The translations under genes were made by a program, and so were the position numbers. Under the pieces are notes generated by a model. That model made no database searches and was not told where the DNA came from. It worked only from the letters and a program-made list of their open reading frames with translations. 38,822 nt of DNA from Klebsormidium nitens (Eukaryota > Plantae > Klebsormidiophyceae), in the NCBI GenBank assembly GCA_000708835.1, contig DF237686.1, positions 1-38,822 of the forward strand. The letters run 5' to 3'. Positions 15,501-26,495 of the stretch are shown here, one piece after another. Positions within the stretch are counted from its first letter, which is position 1. Each line of letters starts with the position of its first letter.

Positions 15501-18500
15501 GTCAACGTCCTGCACCATGTAAAGGCAGGGTTTCAAACTGTTGGACGGGCATTTGCCGACTTTCTGTCTGTCACTTCGGTTCTGAAAATCTTCTCTCCTT
15601 TCTGATTATCAGTGCACATTGATTTTCGGAGCAATCACGCGATCCAAAGAAGGCAAATTGTTCATTGAGGGCAAGTCGCTGCGCCAAAGGCCCCAAATGA
15701 AAGATTCCTTTCAGGAAGGCAACAGAAAGGCTTATCAAATCAACAGAGCGTTTCTGGACAATACATTCTTGTTCTGCATTTGACCTTTTTCAGTCTGAGG
15801 CGTGCAATCCTCACTCTGATGGCCATGCTGTTCCCCAAGAACAGCGCCCCCTCCGCAGCGATGGACCCCGCCACGATTCTTGCCACGTGGGGCTCTGACA
15901 GCTCCTCCTCCTCTTCGAGACACGTGGCGATCTCCCGGCCCACGGCTTCTGACAGCTCGACCAGCATCCGACCGTACTCGCTCAGTGCAGAACGACTCTG
16001 ACCGCTGAATTCGGCATGCTCCGGGTTCTTCCCAATCCGTTCAATTGGCTCTTTATTTATCAGGGTCTGCTTGGTTCCGTTTCCATTGAAGCTCTCTGAA
16101 CGTCGTCTAGTGGAAAGAGGGGCGTCAAAGGAAGAGTCCTCGTGAAGACCGTCCACTTGCTCGCGCAAACTGATACCAGAGCAGTTACCTTCCCCCCGCC
16201 CATCTAGACCGCTTCCTCTCAGCGGTGTGAAAATCGTTGTCTCCTCTACTGCCTCCAAGACTGCGTCTACAAAAGTGGCAATTCCCATCTCTGCCCGGTG
16301 ACTCAACACGTGGCTCGGGTCGTGCCGAAACGGGTGCGAATCGACCAAGACGTGAGCCCGGAGCGGCAACCCGTCCAAGAATGATGACGTGCGCTTTGAC
16401 GTCAGCCGCGAGCCGAGCTGAAGAACGACGTCCGGCGCCAAGAGCGTCCGAGCTCGTTCCGCTTGGACGCCCAATAACACGTGGTCAAAGTGGTAAACCA
16501 CTGGAGGTTTAGGGGCTTGGGTCGAGGCGCGGGCGCGGAGTACGCGGAGGCCCGAGGCGGCGTCCGCCACGATTGGCCAACCCAGCGCCCTGTAAAGGGG
16601 AGAGCAGACGTCATCAGGGATTTTGCCCTGGTTTGAAGCTACGTTAAGAGGGGCTCAGATTACGAAGTAAAATGCTCAACCGCTCAAGCAAAAGCGCTGG
16701 AGTTACTTGGACGAAGGTTTCTGAAGCACTGCATCCATGCCCCTAAGCATTCGTCCGTTTCGAGGGCTCGGCTTCGCAAAGAGATTCAGGGAAGGGCAGA
16801 ACCCAAGCAAGAGCGGATTGAAACCCGATAGTTTGCAGCTGTTACCAGCAATGGCTACAAGTCTACATCCAAAACAGGTAGTAGAGTTGAGAGCTTCTGA
16901 TATGAGAGGAACGGTTCGCGGATCACAACGAGTGGCGTCCGAACAATCGAGTCCTGGCAGCATTCCATTAGCTTCTTGTCGCATCGCAATAGTCAACCCG
17001 AGATGGACTCCGCGAAACACATAATACACGTTCGCAAGCCCTTAAGACCAAAAATCGGATACTAACTCCTCAGCTTGTTTGGATGTAAGGTTATCTCGTC
17101 ACTTACTCCGCCAGTCTCAAGATCGCCCACGTGTCTTCGCGGCCCACCCCCCTCCCCCCGACCACAATCAAGCCCTTCTTCGCCCCCGCCAAAACCTCTG
17201 CAATCTCGGACAGCTCGCCAGCCGAATCGCGGCCGCTGCTCGCGCTTCGGACGTACGATGTGTACGGGGCGGCGCTGCCTTGCCACCGCTCGAGGCCTTG
17301 TAGAACGGCGGGCGGGAACGGCTTCGGCAGGGGAGTGAGGGGCTCCCGGAAGGCGAGGTTGATGTGGACAGGGCCCGCGGGGGAGCCTGCAGAAACAAAT
17401 GGTGTGCGTTGTGGGCCACGTCAGCAGTCTGCCCCGACAATGAGCCAGCTTTTCCAACACCTCAACTCAAGAATTTGGATCAAAAGAACAATCAATGCAG
17501 CTCTTGTTGCTCATAGCGATTACAGAACGCGCCCCCTTTCATCTTCTCGAAACCCTCTCCCTCGCCGAGACAAGACGACTTCTGTCGAGTGGTATGCTTT
17601 GCCTGAATCATTCCGGTAGAATGTTCCGGTCGCTGAAGGACGCTGTTGTTTCAATATAAGGAAATTGTGCTGTGCTATGGCAGAAAGGCTCACCCGTGCT
17701 ACGATAGACGGCCTGGTCGATAGTGGTGAGGACCATGCGGGCGGGCAGGGCACCGTCCGGAGCGGGAAGGTCCGAATGGTAGCGAAGGAATCCGCCGAAA
17801 TGTTTGACCTGCAAGGATGGTAAGAACCCTGTGTCGTTGCTAGCGAGCAAGTCTAGATTCTAGAAAGTGGTTAAGGGTTAGTGCGACTTTGGTGCTTGTG
17901 CGGCGGATTCTCCACATGCAACTCAGAGAGTGGCGCTTTGATCGAGTATTGCTGCTCTTGACGCCTACATGAGGTGTTCAGTGAGAGCTCAAGCGAAATC
18001 GCATAGGCATTCCTATGGTAGAAGCAACTCTTTTGCATTGCAACTCTCGGCATCGTGCTCCTTCTTTATATGCCGCCAACGTCCGAAACGAACATAGGTA
18101 CGTGAGTGAGACCCTCAGCAGCTCCAAAACGGGGGTAACCTGAACGACGGACTCTGTCGTAAACATCGCCTTTCGCCAGATTGCTCTGACGCCCCCACCT
18201 GATCAATGGTCTGATTAGCACCGGTGTCCCGCAGCTCGGGTGGCCGGTCCGCCGTTAGCAGCAGCAAAGGCACGCAGTCTTGGTGCGCTTCAACGACCTG
18301 CAATCGCAGCACCAGAGTTGAGAGCAGACGAACGCTGACTGCGAATGGCTGATCTGTAAACAGTAAAGGCTTCAGAAAAGCTAACGTTTCCGCCGAACTT
18401 ATCCGCTCCGATGCCAATGATCGTATCTGCAAAAGCGGTCGACCCACCTGATTCGGACAAGTTTATCAAGAAGCACTTGCACAGGTGATGGGGCGATTGG

Positions 18501-21500
18501 TGTACAGAGAGTTGGCGGTAAGTTGTGAGACCTGAACAAGAGTCTCGTCACACGCTAGAAAGGTAAACAGACCCAGGGCGTTCACTGCCGATCGATCAAC
18601 TCAAGGAGAAGCTGGAAAGTTTGTTGATCTCCCTGAAAAATCCCAAACAGCTTGCTGCAACCTCCGAAAGGGTTACGAGATTGTAAGCAGAGCCAACAAG
18701 GACAATGCTGAAGCGCGGAACCGAGCGACGATTCAAAAAGTGCCACGTGTTGCTGGGTGCTCACCGCGGGCATCAGATTCGACACCGCAGTTCCTGACGA
18801 CGTGATGACGGCAGCAGGCACGTGCCTGGCCCGGCCGTAGCCAAGGGCGTGGAACGCGAGCGAGCGTTCGTCGATGCACGAGATGCAGCGTGCGCGCGGG
18901 TTGGCGGCGGCGGCGGCGGCGAGCGGAGAGGAGCGGGAGCCGGGGGCGATGCAAAAATACTGTGCGACATAGCTGATCAATCAGGGGAAATTCCTACAGC
19001 TTGCTTTAGCTCCTGGCAGCGATGGACATGGTGGACTCTTGAAGCGGACTATCATGGGCGGTCTGTCTCTTTGAAGGAGGCGAACCAGATTCATCCAGCA
19101 GCAGCCTATGAAGATCCAGCTTGTGGAAAACTTAGAGTACGGCGTGAAGGCAAGGGCAGCGTTCGAAAGCTCATCATCAGAAGGTATACTTCTCGTCGTA
19201 CTTCTTTCTGATTTCCAGCACGACCAAAATTCTCCCCTCCAGCCAAGATCCGCAGTATCGCACCAATGCAAGCGGTCTCGTCATTGCTAAGAATAGCGCC
19301 TGGGACGCCGGAATCACATTCATGCACACATACTAGTAAGCATCTGCAGAAGACTCCGTCTTCCTCTTAAACAGGCTCTTGGACGCTGTAGTCAGCACGA
19401 TCGTGCACTTTCACAACACAGATATACATTAGCTGGACCAGCGCCGACTTGAAGCTTACCGTGACACCCAGCCGGCAGCATTCCTCCACGACGAGCCTTG
19501 CCCAGAGGGCATTAACGTTGGGCGCTTCGCTCAGCGGAGGCAGCGGCGACAATATCCTCTCAAACTGCAAGAATGCGCAGGTTGGAGTCAGCCCGACTTT
19601 TCAAGCTCACAGCTTCAGAGACGGCTCTGTCTCGATAGCCGCAGGCAACTTGGATTTCGAATCCAAGAGCAAGCGTGCGGAATTGGATCCGCAGCGCAGA
19701 GACACGCGCCCTGCTTCGGAGGCCACCTGAGACCCGCACTTGCAGGGCTTCTTGGATCTGATGTTGCATCTGAGAAGCTTTGGGCTCGGTCGACGTTGGA
19801 TTCTCGCTGGGCCTACAATCTGGACAACGCAGGATTCAGCCTTGAACCTCCAACGACATGGAGAACTGGAAGCCAGCTCCTTGTCTCTGCATCCTCCTCA
19901 CCTGGCTTGTCTTCAAATTCAGCTCCCTCCACTCCGCCAAGGGGTCCGCCCCTTTGACGATCCCCACACCGGCGAACAAGGAGATCTTCTTTCCGGGCCG
20001 GAACGTCACCTCCGAGGTTTCCGCTGAGCTTCTTACGCGACTTGTCTTCCAAGAACCATCCGTTTCCGCAGTTGGCAACCCCGGTCGTCTTCCAGAACTC
20101 TTCTCCTCGACAATGCGGTCCAAACCTGACGTCCCGTTTACATCTCTTACTAGCTCCCCGTCGAAAGTCGCGTCCACCGAGTCATGAGGCCTCAACCGTT
20201 GCTGCGCCTTGGCTCTCCCACCGCCGGACCGAAACGCACGTTCGCCGCTCCCGTCCGTCCGTCCGCTGGTGCTCTCCCCACCTTGCCGCCCATTCGCTGC
20301 CCCCTCCGCCCGCTCCCCCCAGCTTTCTACTCCGTTAATTTGCCCAACACCGCTTTGCTCGCTAAGGCTGGTATCGTTAGCGCTCGGTTGTGCTCTTAAC
20401 TGCGATCCTTCCGTTTCCGATCCACTATTTTCGGCGGAGTGTGTCAGAGCGGAACGGATGGCGACCGCGAACTCGCAGCCGTCTCCACCGAGCCAGCCCA
20501 TGGGCCCGGCATACATGCCCCGATCGAACGGCTCTGTCAGACGCAAGGAAACACGTCCGTTGAATAAGTGCTTTATCTTGTCAAGGGCTCAATGAGCATC
20601 GCGTAAAGCAAAGCTCCGTCTTCAAACAAAAAGAACGGGTTTATCATGGTCAGTGTAGCGAGTTGTGTAACGTAAAGTATGGCTTTTTGCCGATTGTAGT
20701 TGAGGCTGTTTCACTCGATGATCGTTTGAAGGCGACTGTCGACCTTGAAAACGAAACAGGTTGTCTTTCATGGTTTCTTGACGAAAGCCAACTCCGTGAG
20801 ACGAAAAAGTACCTACTGCGCCTCGGTCACAGAGGCAAGACAAACTACCGCTGCTTACCGTTTGCAGAGATCGCTTCCCTGGCTGGGGCCTGGGGGTGGC
20901 CACATACAGCGGGGGTCGGGTGAAGCTTGGCCAGCATGTCGAACTGCATAGGGAGACAGAATCATCCTCAAAACCTGTGCCCAATGCCAGCAGCACTGTA
21001 ATCAACTCCAACTTCAGGGCTCTAAAGTACTTGCCCGAACACCCTAGATGTAGCAGGCCAGACCCTATTTACACTTCTACCAGCTTCTGATTCAAACCAG
21101 AACGCCAGAAGTTACAGACGAACCTCGGGGAGGAGGCTAGATGCCCCTGAAAGGTACCCAATCATGCATTGCGTTTCCTGCAGAAGCCACGCCAGCAGAA
21201 CCTCCTCTCCAAAAGCGCGCCAATCAAAGATTTAACTCGGCGGTGTGAGCCGTCCGCACTTACCTCTTGTGCGTCCGAGAGAAGCGTTCCGTTGAGGCGT
21301 CCGTAGAGGTGCTGCACGGTGGCCTGCTTGATCAGCTTCTTGGGCACCTCCACCTCCACTGCGGCGCACACCGTCTACGGATGCAAGAAAATTGCAAGCG
21401 TTAACTTTTGCGGGTTGGAGGTTGGGTTCAGTATTGAGTGTTGGAAGGTCTGCTGATCTCCCAACCGGGCGTCAGCTTTTGTGCTTAACGATTTCGCTCC

Positions 21501-24500
21501 GCGGATCGTCCCAGAGACGAGGAGGTTCGAGCACATTTGCTTGTATTCGTAGACAGCCGTCGACTAGCAGTAGGAAGTGGCAGTCCGGACCCTGGCGACG
21601 TAGGCAATCAGCTACGGAAACTCAGCAAAGCGCTCAATGAGACTGTTTTCACTGACAACTTCGAGAGGCGTGGGCAACGTGAGTAGCAGGCTGAGAGCAA
21701 ACCCCAACACGTCTCTTAAAACTCTTAATCGATGCTCATTTTCCGTCCATTGCGAAACAGCCAAAGATGAAGCGCAGGCAAAAGCAATGGCTGGTTCGAA
21801 AAAGCGAGACCTCTATTCTGACTGCAGAAGATCACTGTAATCGTCTGCCGCATATTTCATTTCGTAGCATAATTCGGAGTCCGTCGGACCTGCACACCCG
21901 GGGGGTCGAAGCGCCACGCTCACCTGCATGTGTGCGTGTATACTGTCCCGCACGATGTCAAACTCCCGGTTCTCCTTCTCGCTCAGGAGAATCTCATACG
22001 CAATCTTCTGGTCCATAGGCGTATTGATGGGCACTCCCCGGGGGCGTGTCCCGGCCACCGCCTCGCTGGCTACAGCCAAGCCGTGCCTCACGAATAGGCG
22101 CTCCGGCTGCCAAGGAATGATGGAGCGTCAGTCAATCAGAGCGGAAAACACGGTATTCTGTGCTAACCAAGCCAAATTATAAGCATAAAAGTGCCTGTCA
22201 GACCTACCAACCTTCTTGCAAAGCGCAACTCTTGAGAATTTAGAGACTGACGACGGGTGGTCAATTGTCCGCCTGACAAGCGGAGGCTTTCATGCGCACA
22301 AATCCGCTTGCAGAATGTTGCAATCAGCTTTTGATAGAAGAGGTCTTTGACCACTAGATTTTTGAAGTTGTTAGTAACCGGACTCTCATACAAACCGGAG
22401 CATCAGCGTATTACGGTTGATACTAAGCTGGTCCAAACTGAGTCTCGTAAGAATCTCCTGGCACCACCTTAACCAGAGCTCAAACCCTTTGCAACAGCGT
22501 ACTGAATAGTTTCAAAACGCGTGTGACGCGGGCGGCTCACCGTGCTGCCAAAAAAGGCCTGCCCGGAGGGGAGCTGTATCAGGAACTGGTACGCGCTGGG
22601 GTCTCGCTCCTGCAGGCACTCGAGCACCACAAGAGGATCCACGGTCTCCGCCATCTCGAGAGTGGTCCTTCGGGCCATCACTACCTGAAGTAAAGGCGAG
22701 GACATGAATGATGGACAAAAGGTTACCGGCAGAATTTGAAGGATCCCTTGCGCGTTCAACCTCCTTCCAAGTATCCAAAATTCTTCAGCTCAAGTGCCTT
22801 AAGGTACGACGCCAGTAAGAAGAAATGACCGTTGAAATTCGACGAATGACCGCTTTTCCGAATGTAGACAAACACCTGGGCAGGAGCTTCGAAGAGAAAC
22901 AGAAAGAGGACGAAGAGTGGGAGGGGACGTTACGTGAGCCGACGAAAAAAGCAGCGATGGGAACGGCACCATTGGCCACTCCAGATTGTTGGCAAAAGAG
23001 CTTTTGACAGAAGAGTCAAGACTCTGATATCCTGACATATCCCCAAGAGTTGACTTTTTCTCGTAAATTTATGGACATACTACAAACACGGGCAAGAACG
23101 TCAAAGCAAGAGCTGACAGATTCCAGTCCGAACGGCGAGTCAGAGTCACGCCTCCGCTTGAGTTCACCCCAGTGCAAGACTTCAACAGGCACCAATCAAT
23201 CTTCAAGGTTGACAAAGAGCCGTACTTTTGAGAGCGGCATGTTGTCCGAGAGCGGCACGCCTTGCCGCACCGCCAGAGTGGTCGCCGGAAAGGAGGCCAG
23301 CGTCCGCTCGACAGCGGCGACCCACTCCTCTTGGTCGGGGTGGAACGTCTTGCTGACGGCCGACAGACTCGGCTGCGGCTCCCGGGCACAGACGTGCTTC
23401 GACAACTGCCGAAGGACAAGGAATGACGTCAGACTGGGTTAGTCCGTTCGATGCTTACGCTACTCAGTTGCAAAATCGTGTTGCCGACGTGCTAAGAGTG
23501 CAGGCAGAGATGGAAGCGGGTGAGCACTCTAAACGAGCAATCCGCCCGCTTGCCAAATGAGCAATCTAAGCTCTGGAATCTGAAAGCACAGTGTGTGAAC
23601 ATTCGTGTGGCCGGAGGAACATGGACGGGTGACTAACCTGGGCCATGGCGCTCTGTGCCGCTTCGATAGCGGCGTCTCTAGATGGTGCCCCTGCCGCCGG
23701 CCCTCCCCAGAGAACCGTGCATGCGAGAAGCGCCCCGGAAGCGCCTTCCCGGATTTCGACCTGCCCGAAGAGAGACACGTGAGCCAGACAGCTTGTGCAA
23801 ACTTAATTACTGGTTCAGAACCGTGACGATCTTCTAGATATGACGTAGTCTATCTGACTTGGGCAGTAACCAGATGCGAAAGAAGACCAGTAGTGTCACG
23901 CAGACAAAAGTGTAAGCTGGAAACATTTGCCGACATGGTCGATTCCATGGCTTGGCCATCGCACCAATGAAAGGTAGGTTGCCAGATAGATACTTCTGGA
24001 CCTACTTCTGGAGCCAGATACCAAAAGGATCCATTGATCCATTCTCAATTCCACCTTCTCAGCCCATGTATCATTGAGTCTCGTCACAGCAGACTCACCT
24101 GAGGGATGACGAAGTAATGTGACCCGAAAGCGGCCCACTCCGAGGAGGGGGTCTCTCCGTCGTTGAAGCGGGTGCCCCCATACGCTCTGACAAACGGCGA
24201 GCTTGCCGAAAGGTAAGAGCGAACGGTGGCCCAGTCCTGCCACTCGAACGGCCCAGTCCCTGCAGACTCCAGCACGAGGCGGTCAGAGTGCAGGTTTCTT
24301 GCACCGCTTGCGGAGATATGATTCTCGAGCTGATGCGATCAGCATTCTTAGCTCAAGCGGCCAAGCTTGGGTATCTCAGGTACGAGATGCCAGATTGGTC
24401 GCTGCATCGTTGATCGACAGCTCCATGAAGCTAGCTTGTTCGCTTTTTGGTGCGAAATCAAAGTCGAAGATTGTAAAATCAGGCTTCGCTTTGAGCGAAC

Positions 24501-25985
24501 CGAATGTGGGTGAAACCGCAGGAGTACACAATGCTTACGAGGGGCACAACCACCGGAGAGGTTGCTGACTTCCTTAATAAACCTTCCTTAGAAATGTTCC
24601 ACTAACACTGTCACTGAATGTTACAATCATTTGCCAAGTGTACAAGCGCCTATCTACTAATAACGCATTTCGAGTGGATCAAAAAGTCAGCGATGTGCCA
24701 GGACCACAGGTTTAATCCAGGCAACAAGCTAGAATGTCCCACCGGTCACAGTCAGAGCAGCTCCCACTCCTGCCACTGAGCCAATCCCCCCTCCATCAAT
24801 CCCACTCGCACTGCTGGCATCGACCCGCAGAGTTTGAGTGTTGCCTGCCCCGCCGTCACCCCCTCGAGGAACCCTGGGAGAGTAGTAGATGCGGGGCAGG
24901 AGGGCGGGGGTGGCGGGCTGGGAGCGAAGCCATCGGAGGGCACTCACAGTTGGGGGCATGGGAACCTGAAAGGAATAAAGCGGTTTAGATGGAGTTGGGA
25001 GAGTCAGTGGCGGTCACAGCTTTTTGAAGCTGCTTCCGGAAAAGGAGGACGGAACAGGAGAACACAAAAGGGCTGAGAGACATCGCCAGAAGAACACCAG
25101 TCTGCCTGAAAATCGAGGAACAACATTAATAAGTTGAACTGGACACGACAGCAAGATAAAAGCAGTAAGCGCAATTGTAAATGTGACTCTTGCACTTTGA
25201 AGTGGTCGCATCACATAAAGTCAGCTTGTAACACGAGGGCAACAATGACTAATTCAAGGCTTGGGATGATCTCAAGAAAGTTATCCACAAGTGCTTCTTG
25301 AGATACTCGAAGACTACAGAGGTAGGGCAACAGCACGCACTTCGTAGCGATGTACCACCATCGATGGCGGGGCCGTTTGCTCCGCTTTGGAATGAATCTT
25401 GCCCAGCAACTGGACGGCATGTTGCAGTCGCTCAGTGGCCTCCTCTAGAGACAATGCCGTCTCCAAGCGGACCGTCCGAATGCCTTCTGAGTGACCGTCC
25501 AACGTTCCGGTTGAACTTGCAGCTACACTTTGATCATCCACATCGGAAGCCAATGTGGCATTACTCTCAACACTCCCAAATGCTGCCCTGCAAAACTTGC
25601 TAGACCTTTGTCTTCCAACCCCTCCTGCAGCATTGCACACAGACGCTGGTCTCAAAGAAGCTGTATCTAATACTGATAAACTCTCCGCAACACATATGTG
25701 TCTTCTGAGAGTGCTAGACTTTCTGCAACCTGTACTTCTGTCACTCCAGCTCGTTAACCCTGACCCTGCACCACCACCACTTGGCAACACTGGTGATGAA
25801 AGGAAACCTGCCTTTTTCCAACTGCAAACTGTCCTGCTACACTGCGGCTGATGTATGAAGTTTTCGGCTGTTGAGCAATTGACTTTTGCAATTGAAGCCC
25901 CAGTCCTCACAACAATTCTGTTGTATAGGGCAGCACAGCCAGCACCTGGAGCTCCGCAAGTGCTCACAGCATTTGCGGCCGCCAT
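7834..25985 (-). CDS. PHYLLO: PHYLLO: multifunctional phylloquinone biosynthesis protein, transit peptide + MenF(ICS)-MenD-MenC-MenH fusion, 27 exons, ~2460 aa
   Basis: Exons in transcript order: 25341-25985, 24743-24965, 24099-24259, 23638-23760, 23226-23405, 22541-22684, 21924-22106, 21264-21374, 20859-20943, 19902-20533, 19460-19564, 18765-18959, 18199-18297, 17694-17808, 17107-17386, 15815-16589, 15306-15509, 14351-14577, 13772-13897, 12908-13313, 12320-12589, 11877-12044, 11347-11493, 9854-10684, 9104-9550, 8554-8711, 7834-8176. Total 7383 nt, all GT-AG with matching phases. The ATG at 25985 is in gccgccATGG context; the ORF-track start at 26030 is a TTG. Stop is TGA at 7834-7836. Confidence 0.93.
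10200..13313 (-). other. menC: MenC / o-succinylbenzoate synthase (enolase superfamily) module of PHYLLO (exons 20-24; ends approximate)
   Basis: [33 protein letters not shown]|V (KxK), LRADAN (DxN), YVE|[35 protein letters not shown]. Confidence 0.92.
14851..14880. repeat. 13-bp perfect tandem duplication (tgaccgaagctag x2 + tgac) in PHYLLO intron 17
   Basis: Read directly from the sequence: 14851-14863 and 14864-14876. Confidence 0.9.
18903..18920. repeat. (GGC)6 microsatellite encoding six Ala in MenD exon 12
   Basis: ggcggcggcggcggcggc; translation [11 protein letters not shown]. Confidence 0.85.
19902..24965 (-). other. menF: MenF / isochorismate synthase module of PHYLLO (exons 2-10)
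   Basis: PLSK|VVMARR (catalytic Lys), FFGST|PERLF (general-acid Glu), [21 protein letters not shown] (Mg-binding), [14 protein letters not shown]|[40 protein letters not shown]. Confidence 0.92.
25341..25985 (-). other. PHYLLO exon 1: predicted plastid transit peptide plus start of the MenF N-terminal region
   Basis: [38 protein letters not shown]... is rich in Ala/Ser/Arg/Cys and poor in acidic residues for about 130 aa. It precedes the ICS-type ...HRYE|VPMPP..ALRWL..Q motif. Phylloquinone synthesis is plastidial. Confidence 0.65.
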
Positions 25986-26495
25986 GGCGGCTGTAGCGGA
26001 AGTGAGTGACTTTCTTCGGCTTGAGTCCAAGCTCTTCTCTTCCGTCGCCGAGGAACTAGGGCGGAGAACTGTGCGCTAGCGTTGGCGTCGATCAAAGCGC
26101 GAAGGATTGAGCGTCATGTAATCCACGGCCCAAAGCTGATCGAGATCGCATCGGACGCCACAGAGACAATAGAAGATTCGATGACGTCAGAAAAGGAAAG
26201 GGGAAAGCGTCCAAGCAGACTGCAATTTGCTGAACAGTGATTCTGAATGAAACGAACGTACTGCTCGTGCGTCGTGGCATGCACTGATGCAGGTTTCAGC
26301 GGGCATGCTGGCGGGCCCAGTTCGCGTCCTCCTTCCTATACTCTAATACTCGTGGCAGCATACTCAAGAGAGGCCTCTTTTTCCTGAATTCCCTGCAACA
26401 TCGGTTCAAGAACTTGCGTTGGACTCTTCCTCAAAATTTAGGGTTTCTTGTCTTGGAGTAGCCGAGGCAGGTGGGCAGGCGACCCTGACCAGTCT
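25986..26495. promoter_or_regulatory. Divergent (bidirectional) promoter region PHYLLO / CGI-58-like
   Basis: The ATGs are head-to-head, only 510 nt apart. Two site-II-like GGCCCA motifs lie at 26127-26132 and 26314-26319. Confidence 0.55.

Larger units (their letters stand above)
13772..19564 (-). other. menD: MenD / SEPHCHC synthase (ThDP-dependent) module of PHYLLO (exons 11-19)
   Basis: [20 protein letters not shown]|[74 protein letters not shown]|[10 protein letters not shown], and the ThDP/Mg motif GDVSFLHD...NNSGGGIF. Confidence 0.93.

Noticed and set aside
7834-25985. Reading the men modules as a bacterial menFDCH operon or contaminant
   Set aside because: There are 26 spliceosomal introns, a transit peptide and eukaryotic neighbours, with no stops or RBSs between modules in the spliced frame.
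25986-26030. ORF-track start of PHYLLO at 26030
   Set aside because: The codon is TTG. The ATG at 25985 has an ideal Kozak-like context.
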